Shown here in pieces: positions 1 through 7,611 of a stretch of 27,048 nt of DNA. Below the pieces are notes generated by a model, which saw only the letters and a list, made by a program, of their open reading frames with translations, did no database searches and had not been told where the DNA came from. A program made the translations under genes and the position numbers. Origin of the DNA: Pseudomonadota bacterium (GTDB taxonomy: Bacteria; Myxococcota_A; Polyangia; Haliangiales; Haliangiaceae); the NCBI GenBank assembly GCA_014584455.1, contig JACTMV010000308.1, positions 1 to 27,048 on the forward strand. Direction: 5' to 3'. The stretch's first letter is position 1, and every line of letters begins with the position of its first letter.

Positions 1-1
1 C

Positions 2-673
2 ACCGCCAGCATGGCGCTCGACGACGCCGGCAAGCTCGCCGGCCTGACCTTCGTGCCCCGGCCGCCGCTGCCGCCCGATCCCCACGCCGACCGCCCGCTG
101 CGCGCGCGCCTGCGCCTGCCCTTCGACGGTCAGTGGTTCGTGTTCTGGGGCGGACCCAGCGCCACGGTCAACTACCACGTGGTCGCCCCCGACCAGCGTC
201 ACGCCTACGACCTCGTGATCTGGAAGGACGGCGGCACCCACACCGGCGACGGCACCCGCAACGAGCAGTATCACTGCTGGGGCCAGCCGGTGCTGGCGCC
301 GGCCGCCGGCACGGTCGTCGCCGTCGAGAACGGCCTGCCCGACAACCCGCCGGGCAAGATGGACGCGAGCGCCAAGGCCGGCAACCACGTCGTGCTCGAT
401 CTCGGCGACGGGGCCCACGCGCTCCTCGCCCACCTGCAACAGGGTTCGGTCGCGGTGCGGCTCGGCGATCGGGTCACCGCCGGCCAGCGGCTCGGCCTCA
501 CCGGCAACAGCGGCAACACCAGCGAGCCCCACCTGCACCTCCACCTCCAGGACGGCCCCACCCTGTTCCGCGGCGCCGGCCTGCCGGTGTGGTTCGACGA
601 CGCCTGCGTCGACGGTCAGCCGCCGGCGCGGGTCGCCCCGGTGCACGGCCAGTTCGTCGAGCACTGCCGCTGA
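2..673 (+). CDS. M23-family (LytM-like) zinc metallopeptidase, probably 5'-truncated by the window edge
   Basis: The translation contains the M23 signature motifs HAYD (HxxxD) and GNSGNTSEPHLHLHLQ (GxSGxS...HxH). The frame is open from position 2 with no stop before the first ATG at 11. No signal peptide is visible, so the N-terminus probably lies upstream of the window. Stop TGA at 671-673. Confidence 0.75.
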   Translation, partial: TASMALDDAGKLAGLTFVPRPPLPPDPHADRPLRARLRLPFDGQWFVFWGGPSATVNYHVVAPDQRHAYDLVIWKDGGTHTGDGTRNEQYHCWGQPVLAPAAGTVVAVENGLPDNPPGKMDASAKAGNHVVLDLGDGAHALLAHLQQGSVAVRLGDRVTAGQRLGLTGNSGNTSEPHLHLHLQDGPTLFRGAGLPVWFDDACVDGQPPARVAPVHGQFVEHCR

Positions 674-690
674 CGCCCGCCGCGGCGCAG

Positions 691-713
691 AGCGTGTGAA
701 GGAATCACACGCT
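691..713. terminator. Perfect hairpin AGCGTGTGA-aggaa-TCACACGCT between convergent gene ends; candidate bidirectional terminator
   Basis: A 9-bp perfect inverted repeat with a 5-nt loop sits ~20 bp after the M23 stop and within the 227-bp gap before the 3' end of the minus-strand gene at 901. There is no U-tract, which is common in high-GC genomes. Confidence 0.3.
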
Positions 714-900
714 CGGGTCGATCGGTCGGTCCCGGCGAGGACGCCGGCGCCGACCTGAGTCGGAGCCGATCGCCTCGGCTGCGCCTCGGCGCAGAGCCTG
801 TCATCGAATCGATGCCAGGCTCTCTCTCGATCGATCGACCTCGCCCGCTGACGGGCTCGTCCGATCTCCTCCGGACCAGCGCCGCACCGCTGCGCTCGGC

Positions 901-1911
901 TCAGGCGGCGCGCTCGTCCAGGTGCCGCCGCACCAGCCGCGCGCACCACGCGATCGCGCCGGTCGCCAGCAGCAAGCAGACGACGAACAGCGGCAGGCCC
1001 TGGGCGCCGTCGAGCGTCGCCCGCCACTCGATGGCGTGGGCGCGATCGACCTCGCGCAGCGCCGCCACCGCGAGGAACAGCGCGACCGCGCCGACGGTGG
1101 CCAGCCGTCGCCCCGCCCGCCCGCGCCCGCCGGCGAGCGCGATCATCCCGGCCGCGGTCACCGCCGCGCCGCTCCCCGCCAGCACCAGCCACGGCGTGGC
1201 CATCGCCGGCAGCTCGCCGGCGCGCCCGCCGACCGTCCCCACCGCCGCCGCCGCCGCCACCGCCAGGCCGGTCAGCCCGAGCCCGCCCAGGCGGCGCAGC
1301 TCGGCGCGTCCCGCCCGCGCCCCGGCCAGCCACGCCGCGCCGGTCGCGAACGCCACCGCCGCCAGCCCCAGCCACAGCGCCAGGCGGACGGCGATCACCG
1401 GGTCGCGGTGGAACACGCGCCCGTCGCGGTAGTGCGCGACCCAGGTCTCGGCGCCGGCCGCGGCCAGGGTGTGCTCCTCGATCCACGACCACGCGACGAA
1501 GAGGAACGCGAGCAGGGCGGCGCCGCTCACCAGCCCCCGCCGCGCCCCCGACCACGCCCGCGCCCGCACGCTCTTGCCCAGGTACAGCAGGTAGAAGCCG
1601 GCGATGAGCGCCGGCACGATCGCCATGAACCGGTGCGACATGAGGAGCGTCGCCGTGTACACGCGGTGCTGGTAGAGGACCTGGATCAGCAGCAGCGGCG
1701 CCACCCCGGCGGTGATCGCCGCGCCGAGTGCGAACGGCAGCCAGTCGCGGGCCGCCGCCGCCACCGGGTCGTCGCCGCCGACGAGCGCCCGCGCCGTCGC
1801 CCACGCCGCCGCGCCCAGCACGAAGCCGACGAGCAGCGCGTGGGCGGCGAAGGTGACCACGAGCAGGAGCACGTAGCCCCCCGGGCCACCGAGCTCGGCG
1901 AACAGGCTCAT
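901..1911 (-). CDS. Polytopic membrane protein (336 aa), candidate partner or subunit II of the upstream CydA-like protein
   Basis: This is the in-frame C-terminal part of the artefactual 1379-aa ORF, starting at ATG 1909-1911 (MSLFAELGG...). It is very hydrophobic with several predicted TM helices. Its ATG overlaps the TGA of the upstream gene (ATGA, 1908-1911), which implies translational coupling. No CydB motif was recognised, so the subunit II call is only a hypothesis. Confidence 0.55.
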   Translation of the reverse strand: MSLFAELGGPGGYVLLLVVTFAAHALLVGFVLGAAAWATARALVGGDDPVAAAARDWLPFALGAAITAGVAPLLLIQVLYQHRVYTATLLMSHRFMAIVPALIAGFYLLYLGKSVRARAWSGARRGLVSGAALLAFLFVAWSWIEEHTLAAAGAETWVAHYRDGRVFHRDPVIAVRLALWLGLAAVAFATGAAWLAGARAGRAELRRLGGLGLTGLAVAAAAAVGTVGGRAGELPAMATPWLVLAGSGAAVTAAGMIALAGGRGRAGRRLATVGAVALFLAVAALREVDRAHAIEWRATLDGAQGLPLFVVCLLLATGAIAWCARLVRRHLDERAA

Positions 1912-3383
1912 CGCGCACCCCCGCGCCCGCCACCCGTGGCCTCGCCCGGCGGCCGCGGCCGCTCCGGCGCCGGCGCGGTGCCGGCCTCGTCGAGCCAGCG
2001 CCCGATCTGCGCCAGCGCCACCGGGTCGTCGGACACCGGCCAGGCGGCCGGCGCGCCCGCCGCCTCCCAGCGGATGAGCTGGGCCACCGCCTCGACCTCG
2101 GTCGCCGGCCCGGCGAACGGCGGCATGAAGCCCTTGGTCTCCTGCAGGCGCGCGATCGCGATGCGGAGCTGCTCGAGCGACCAGGCGCCGCCGAGGTGGA
2201 CCAGGCCGTTGGCGCCCTTCATCGTGTGGCAGGCCGCGCACTGCAGCCGCACCACGCGCGCGCCGAGGGCGAGCTGCGCCGTCGGGTAGCGCGCGGCGTC
2301 GCGCAGCGGGTACGGGTCCCGCGCCACCGAGCCCTCGGCGCGCAGCCGCGCGACCTCGGCCGGCGCGATGGCGTTGGAGTACAGGACCTGGCGGATCGTG
2401 AACGGCTTGCGCGCGCCCTCGCGCACGAACTCGCCGGCGGCGGTGGCGCCGAACGCCAGCGCCAGCAGGAGCGCCGCGGTCGCGCCGCTCACGTACAGGC
2501 GCCGCCACCAGATCCCGACGAGCGCGTAGGCGCCGATCAGCAGCGACGCCCCGGCGGCCAGGGCCAGGAACATCGACATCGCGACGCTGCCCCCGGTCAG
2601 CCACGCCCGGCTGTCGGCGGGGATCACCGCCACGTACCACAGCCCCAGCGCCGGCATCGCCGCCATCGGCACCAGCAGGCGCGCGGCGCGGGCGAGGAGG
2701 GCGTGGCGCGCGGCGCGGTCCAGGTCCATCGTGTTGATGACGGCGATCGCGGCCAGCGCCCCCAGCGTGCTCGACACCGCGACCCGGTAGAGCAGCGACG
2801 GCCAGAAGCTGGGGTTGAAGAAGCCGGCCCACACGTCGCCGGAGGCCAGCCACGCCCCCGGGGTGAGCTGCCACGACAGGATGCCGTTGATCCAGAACAG
2901 GCTGCCGAACGACGCCAGCGCGTAGGTGGCGAGCAGGCGCAGGCGCACGCCGTCGGGCAGGCGCTCGCCGTAGCGCAGGAACATGTAGCCGGCGACGATC
3001 TCGACCGCGAAGCAGCACCACTCGATCGCCCAGATCCAGTGGAACTCGTCGACCATGAGCCCGATCGTGCGCGGCCCGACCTGGATCGTCGTCAACCACA
3101 TCGCCACGCCGGTCAGGGCGCCGGTGACGAAGCTGACCAGCACCAGGTACTTGAAGAAGCTGTCGAGGAAGCGGCGCGCGTCGGGCACGCCGCGCCCGGC
3201 CAGCCACTGGAAGTACGTCATCAGGAACCCGCCGCCGATCGCGAACTGGGCGAGGAAGACGTGGAGGATGCCGACCGCGCCGATGACCATGCCGCGCATC
3301 GCCGGACCGAAGTCGTTGACCGGGTAGGCGGTCGGCTCCATCCCCGCTGGGATGATGCCACCGCCGGCGCCGGCATGCGTCAT
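1908..3383 (-). CDS. Cytochrome bd subunit I (CydA)-like membrane protein with a fused C-terminal mono-haem cytochrome c domain
   Basis: The N-terminal ~330 aa is polytopic and has blocks resembling CydA (HVFLAQFAIGGG...; FVTGALTGVAMWLTT; WAIEWCCFAVEI compared with E. coli CydA LAIEGLMAFFLE). The C-terminal ~150 aa is soluble and carries a CAACH haem-binding motif (RLQCAACHTMKG). Stop TGA on the minus strand at 1908-1910. Confidence 0.65.
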   Translation of the reverse strand: MTHAGAGGGIIPAGMEPTAYPVNDFGPAMRGMVIGAVGILHVFLAQFAIGGGFLMTYFQWLAGRGVPDARRFLDSFFKYLVLVSFVTGALTGVAMWLTTIQVGPRTIGLMVDEFHWIWAIEWCCFAVEIVAGYMFLRYGERLPDGVRLRLLATYALASFGSLFWINGILSWQLTPGAWLASGDVWAGFFNPSFWPSLLYRVAVSSTLGALAAIAVINTMDLDRAARHALLARAARLLVPMAAMPALGLWYVAVIPADSRAWLTGGSVAMSMFLALAAGASLLIGAYALVGIWWRRLYVSGATAALLLALAFGATAAGEFVREGARKPFTIRQVLYSNAIAPAEVARLRAEGSVARDPYPLRDAARYPTAQLALGARVVRLQCAACHTMKGANGLVHLGGAWSLEQLRIAIARLQETKGFMPPFAGPATEVEAVAQLIRWEAAGAPAAWPVSDDPVALAQIGRWLDEAGTAPAPERPRPPGEATGGGRGGAR

Positions 3384-3428
3384 CGCGTCGCGGCGATCCG
3401 CCGGCCGCGTGGCTCGCCCCGCCTTCGC

Positions 3429-4973
3429 TCAGGGCGCGAGGCGGGCGACGAAGGCGTCGGGCCTGGCCAGCTTGGCGCCCTCGGCCTGGACCGCGGTCGG
3501 CCCGCCGGGGACGAGATCGAGCGTGAAGCGGTAGGCGCCCGAGACGTAGGGCGTGCCGTCGCGGCCGATGGCCACCGCCAGCCCGACGTCCTGATCCTTG
3601 GCCCCCCAGCGCCGGCTCCACGCGTGGTTGCCGGCGGCGTCGAGCTTGAGGAAGAAGCCGTCCATGTAGCCGGCGGTCTTGAACGGGCCACCGCCGAGGT
3701 CGATCGTGGTCTCGAAGCCGCCCACGACCACCAGGTTGCCGGCGGCGTCGGTGGCGACGCCGAGCCCGACGTCGGCGCGCTCGCCGCCGTAGGTCTTGAC
3801 CCACAGGAGCTTGCCCTCGGGCGACAGCCGGGCCACGAACACGTCGGACTCGCCCTTCGACAGCACCGGCGTCCCCAGCACGTCGAGGTCCTTGTCGAAC
3901 GAGCCGGTGATCACGACGTGGCCGGCGGGGTCGACGGCGAGCCCGCCCGCCCGCTCCTGGAACGGGTTGCCGAGGCGCACGCTCCACACGTGGTTGCCCA
4001 CCGCATCGAAGCGGGCCACGAACAGGTCGTCGTCGCCGGCGCTCTTGTGGGTGGTGCCGCCGAGCGTGATCGTGCCCTTGAAGCGGCCGAGGGCGTAGAT
4101 GTTGCCGGCGGGGTCGACGGCGACGTGGCTCACCTCGTCGGGGTACTCGCCGCCGAGCTGGGTCACCCACTCGACCTCGCCGCCGGCCCCGAGCTTGACC
4201 AGCGCCGCGTCGTCGCCGCCGCGCGAGGTCACGGTGGTCGCGCCCAGCGCCACCTCCTGGCCGAACGACACGGCGACGATCCAGCCGCCGTCGCCGGCGG
4301 CGGCGATGGCGGTGGCGGCGTCGGAGGCCGGGCCGCCGGCGGTCCACAGCCACTGCACCTCGCCGGCGGGGTCGAGGCCGACCACGAACAGGTCGTCGGA
4401 GCCGGTCGCCTTGCCGCTCAACCCGCCGGCGGTGACCGTGGCCGAGAAGAGCCCGGTGGCGGCGACGTTGCCCTTGTCGTCGACCGCGACCGCGTCGCCC
4501 CGCTCCTCGTGCTTGCCGCCGATCGTCGTCACCCAGGTCACCGCGCCGCTGGCGTCGAGGCGGGCGACGAAGGCGTCGCTCTTGCCGGCCGCGGTGCGCG
4601 CGCCGGCGCCGGCGAAGGTCGCGGCCTCCTCGAAGTCGCCCACCGCGTAGACCGCGCCGTCGCCGCCGACCGCGAGCCGCCGCACGATGTCGACCCGGGT
4701 GCCGCCGAGGCTCGTGACCCAGGCCACCGCGCCGGTGGCGCCCGGCGGCGACTCGGCCAGCGGGGGCAGCGGACGCGGCGGCGGCGCCACCCGCGGCTCG
4801 GCCGGCGCCGCGCTGCCGGAGGCGCTGCCGGACCCGCTGCCGGCGCCGTCGCGCTCGACCTTGCCGGCCCCGGCCTTGCCGGCCGGCTCCTTCTTGCCGC
4901 AGGCGACGAGGGGAACGGCCAGGGTCAGCGCGACCGGGCCGACGAGGGCGAGCGAGACGAGGCGTGTGCGCAT
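3429..4973 (-). CDS. Lipoprotein with SBBP-type beta-propeller repeats
   Basis: Signal peptide with lipobox (LAVPLVAC-G). At least 8 repeats of the form D.FV.KLD..G...W...GG... (DAFVARLDASGAVTWVTTIGG, DLFVVGLDPAGEVQWLWTAGG, DAALVKLGAGGEVEWVTQLGG, and others) are typical of the SBBP repeat (PF06739). A GAGGAA Shine-Dalgarno sits 4 nt upstream of ATG 4971-4973 on the minus strand. Confidence 0.8.
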   Translation of the reverse strand: MRTRLVSLALVGPVALTLAVPLVACGKKEPAGKAGAGKVERDGAGSGSGSASGSAAPAEPRVAPPPRPLPPLAESPPGATGAVAWVTSLGGTRVDIVRRLAVGGDGAVYAVGDFEEAATFAGAGARTAAGKSDAFVARLDASGAVTWVTTIGGKHEERGDAVAVDDKGNVAATGLFSATVTAGGLSGKATGSDDLFVVGLDPAGEVQWLWTAGGPASDAATAIAAAGDGGWIVAVSFGQEVALGATTVTSRGGDDAALVKLGAGGEVEWVTQLGGEYPDEVSHVAVDPAGNIYALGRFKGTITLGGTTHKSAGDDDLFVARFDAVGNHVWSVRLGNPFQERAGGLAVDPAGHVVITGSFDKDLDVLGTPVLSKGESDVFVARLSPEGKLLWVKTYGGERADVGLGVATDAAGNLVVVGGFETTIDLGGGPFKTAGYMDGFFLKLDAAGNHAWSRRWGAKDQDVGLAVAIGRDGTPYVSGAYRFTLDLVPGGPTAVQAEGAKLARPDAFVARLAP

Positions 4974-5101
4974 GGTTCCTCTGGGGACACCGCGAGAGCC
5001 CTGACGTTGTCATGGCATCGCCTCCCAGGGCAACGCGCACTTCGAGGGAACCGCCGCGGCGCCGCGTTGTCCAACTCGCCGCGGCAGGCTATCTCTCCCT
5101 C

Positions 5102-5308
5102 ATGCGCGTGGTCGGAGATGACGACGGCGTCGCGGCGCTCAAGGCGCTGGCCGCCGACAACCGTGACTACCTCAAGTTCCTGATCACCGAGGCGCAGTCC
5201 AACAGCGACCACACCGCCTCCTTCCGCGCCGCCGACGACACCCGCTGGGTGGTCCGCTTCCACCCGGAGTCGGGCGAGCTCGAGGTGCGACGCGCCCCCG
5301 CGCCGTGA
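5102..5308 (+). CDS. Small hypothetical protein (68 aa), possibly co-translated with the downstream gene
   Basis: An ATG at 5102 lies inside the reported ORF 4964..5308. GC3 is very high, consistent with coding. The stop TGA 5306-5308 overlaps the GTG at 5305 that opens the next ORF. There is no recognisable domain and no clear RBS. Confidence 0.35.
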   Translation: MRVVGDDDGVAALKALAADNRDYLKFLITEAQSNSDHTASFRAADDTRWVVRFHPESGELEVRRAPAP

Positions 5309-5322
5309 CGTATGGTCGCACC

Positions 5323-7524
5323 ATGCGGGTGCCCCTCCTCCTCGTCCCCCTCGCCCTCGCCCTCGCCGTCACCGGCTGCCCCCGTCCCGGCGCCACCGGC
5401 GAGCCCCGCCCCGATGACCGCCCGCTGACCCGCGAGGACCGCCTCCAGGTCGCGCGGCTCGAGGCCCAGCGCGACGCCGCGGTGCCTCGCCTGATCGAGC
5501 TGACGCGGGATCCCTCGGTGGCCCGCCGCGCCCTCGCCCTGCGCGCCCTGGGCCGGATCGGCAGCCCCGCCGCCGTCGCCGCGCTGCGCGCCGCCCTCGC
5601 CGGCGACGCCGCGGTCACCGCCAGCGCCGCGCTCGGCGTGGCCGGGGCCACCGGCGCGCTCGAGCCCGACGTGGGGGCCGCGATCACCTCCGAGCTGGCG
5701 AAGGTGACCGCCGCCGGCGCCGATCGCGCGACCGTGATCGAGGCCCTCGGCCGCGTCGCCCACCCGACGGCGGCCGCGACCGTGGGCGGCGCCCTGGGCA
5801 GCCGCGACCGCGAGGTCGCCATCGCCGCCGGGATCGCGCTCGGCCGCCTCGGCCGCGCCCAGGTGCCCCTCGACGAGTCCACCGAGCTGGCCGCGATCGG
5901 GCGCAGCCGCGACGACGATCCCGACGTCCGCTTCGCCGCCACCTACGCCCTGGCGCGGGCCCACATCCCGGCGAGCACGCCGCCGCCGGCCGCCACCGAT
6001 CCGGTGGTGCGCGCGCTGCGCGACCGCCTGACCGACCCCGAGCCGCTGGTGCGCGCCACCGCCATCACCGGCCTGGCCGCGCGCCGCGCGGTGCCGGTCA
6101 CCACCCCGGCCCTCCTCGATCGCCTCGACGACAGCGACTGGCGGGTCGCGGTCGAGCTGGTGCGCGCCCTGGGCGGCCCCGCCGGCACCCCCGAGACCCG
6201 CAAGGCGCTGGTCGCCTTCCTGGCCCGGATCGCCAGCGAGTGGGCGGCGGGCCGGATGAGCGCGCCGTTCGCCCACGTCCTCCTCGAGGGGCTGCGCCAG
6301 CTCCCCGCCCGCGCCTCCGATCCGCGGGTGCGCGGCCTCCTGGTCTCGATCGCCCGCAGCTACGCCGACGAGCCGCCGGGCCGCCGCCCGCGGGCGCTGC
6401 AGCTCGCGTCGGCGTGGGCGAGCTGCCTGGCCCTGGCGGCGCTGGCCCGGCCGCTGCCCGAGACGCCGCCCGGCGACGCGCTCGGCGATCCGGAGGTGGC
6501 GCGGGCGCAGCTCGACGGCTGCGGCGCCGGCCTCGTCCCCGAGGCCGAGGTGCGCAAGCTCGTCCTCGACGTGAGCGCCGAGCGCGGCGGCGCCGACGCC
6601 GTCCGCCGCCTCGCCCTGTCGGCGGGCCACGGCGACGTCCGCATCGCCGCCCACGCCGTCGGCCTCCTGCCCGGCCTGTGGACGCCGGCCTCCCACGGCG
6701 AGCGCATCCTCCTCGCCGACGCCCTCGCCGGCGCCGTCGCGCGCGCCGAGGCCGCGGTGGCCGGCGCCGCCGCCGAGGCCAGCGGCCCGCTCCTGGCCGA
6801 GCACGGCCAGGCCGGCCCGCTGGCGTCGGTCGCCACCGCCGTCGTCGATCGCCTCGCCGCCGGCGGCGATCCCGAGCTGGTGACCGCGCTGCTCGGCGCC
6901 ATCGCCCGGGCCCGGCTCGACGCGCTGCCGGCGTGCCAGGCGCTGCGCACCGACCCCAGCCCGCCGGTGCGCGCCGCCGCCCGCGCCTGCGTCACCGCGC
7001 TGGTCGGCGAGGACCCGGGGCCGGCGACCGCGGCGGCCGCGGCCGTGGCGCCGCCGATCGATCCGCTGGTCGCGCTCGGCGGCGCCCGCACCTGGCGCCT
7101 GACCACCACCCAGGGCGAGGTCGCGATCGCGCTCGCCGGCGACCTCGCGCCCTGGCACGTCGCCGCGATCATCACCCTCACCCGCAGCGGCTTCTACGAC
7201 GGCCTCACCTTCCACCGCGTCGTGCCCGGCTTCGTCATCCAGGGCGGCGATCCCACCGGCTCGGGCTGGGGCGGCCCCGGCTACACGCTGCCGGCCGAGC
7301 CCGGCTCGCGCCTCGACGCGCCGGCCCCCACCTACGGCCCGGGCGCGGTCGGGGTCGCCGACGCCGGCAAGGACAGCGGCGGCTCGCAGTGGTTCGTCAT
7401 GCACGGGCGGGCGCCGCACCTCGACGGCCGCTACACCTGGATCGGGGCGGTGACCGAGGGCGCGGACGTCTTCGACCGGCTGCTGCAGGGCGATCGCGTC
7501 ATCCGCGCCCGCGTCGAGCCCTGA
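5323..7524 (+). CDS. Lipoprotein fusing HEAT-like (PBS-lyase type) repeats with a C-terminal cyclophilin-type peptidyl-prolyl isomerase domain
   Basis: Signal peptide plus lipobox MRVPLLLVPLALALAVTGC. The central ~500 aa consists of Ala/Leu-rich repeats of the type D..VR..A..ALGRIG...A..AL, which are HEAT-like. The C-terminal ~170 aa carries the cyclophilin signature (FHRVVPGFVIQGGDPTGSGWGGPGY ... SQWFV). An alternative GTG start at 5305 would add 6 aa. Confidence 0.8.
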   Translation: MRVPLLLVPLALALAVTGCPRPGATGEPRPDDRPLTREDRLQVARLEAQRDAAVPRLIELTRDPSVARRALALRALGRIGSPAAVAALRAALAGDAAVTASAALGVAGATGALEPDVGAAITSELAKVTAAGADRATVIEALGRVAHPTAAATVGGALGSRDREVAIAAGIALGRLGRAQVPLDESTELAAIGRSRDDDPDVRFAATYALARAHIPASTPPPAATDPVVRALRDRLTDPEPLVRATAITGLAARRAVPVTTPALLDRLDDSDWRVAVELVRALGGPAGTPETRKALVAFLARIASEWAAGRMSAPFAHVLLEGLRQLPARASDPRVRGLLVSIARSYADEPPGRRPRALQLASAWASCLALAALARPLPETPPGDALGDPEVARAQLDGCGAGLVPEAEVRKLVLDVSAERGGADAVRRLALSAGHGDVRIAAHAVGLLPGLWTPASHGERILLADALAGAVARAEAAVAGAAAEASGPLLAEHGQAGPLASVATAVVDRLAAGGDPELVTALLGAIARARLDALPACQALRTDPSPPVRAAARACVTALVGEDPGPATAAAAAVAPPIDPLVALGGARTWRLTTTQGEVAIALAGDLAPWHVAAIITLTRSGFYDGLTFHRVVPGFVIQGGDPTGSGWGGPGYTLPAEPGSRLDAPAPTYGPGAVGVADAGKDSGGSQWFVMHGRAPHLDGRYTWIGAVTEGADVFDRLLQGDRVIRARVEP

Positions 7525-7525
7525 C

Positions 7526-7565
7526 GCCATCGCCCGCGCGGGCCCGCGCCGCGGCGCGATGGCGC
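7526..7565. terminator. GC-rich imperfect hairpin immediately after the HEAT-PPIase stop
   Basis: GCCATCGC..CCGCGCGGG / CCCGCGCCGCGG..GCGATGGC form inverted arms within 40 bp of stop codon 7522-7524, ahead of the MscS promoter region. The arms are imperfect and there is no U-tract. Confidence 0.25.
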
Positions 7566-7611
7566 CCCGGGTGGTTTGATCTGCGAGCATCGGGGCGGCT
7601 ACGGTAGCCCC

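Noticed and set aside
695-709. CRP/FNR-like site TGTGA-N5-TCACA
   Set aside because: Spacer is 5 nt rather than the canonical 6. It sits downstream of two convergent gene ends rather than in a promoter, and it is embedded in a longer perfect hairpin, so a terminator or structural role is more plausible.
5009-5035. Possible sigma-54 -24/-12 element (TGGCAT...)
   Set aside because: No TTGC at the right spacing after the TGGCA on either strand.
901-5040. 1379-aa minus-strand ORF spanning three genes
   Set aside because: Only the last 336 aa (MSLF... to stop at 901) read like protein. The rest is Arg/Gly/Pro-rich translation of the wrong frame across the real genes 1908..3383 and 3429..4973. 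This is a typical high-GC artefact.
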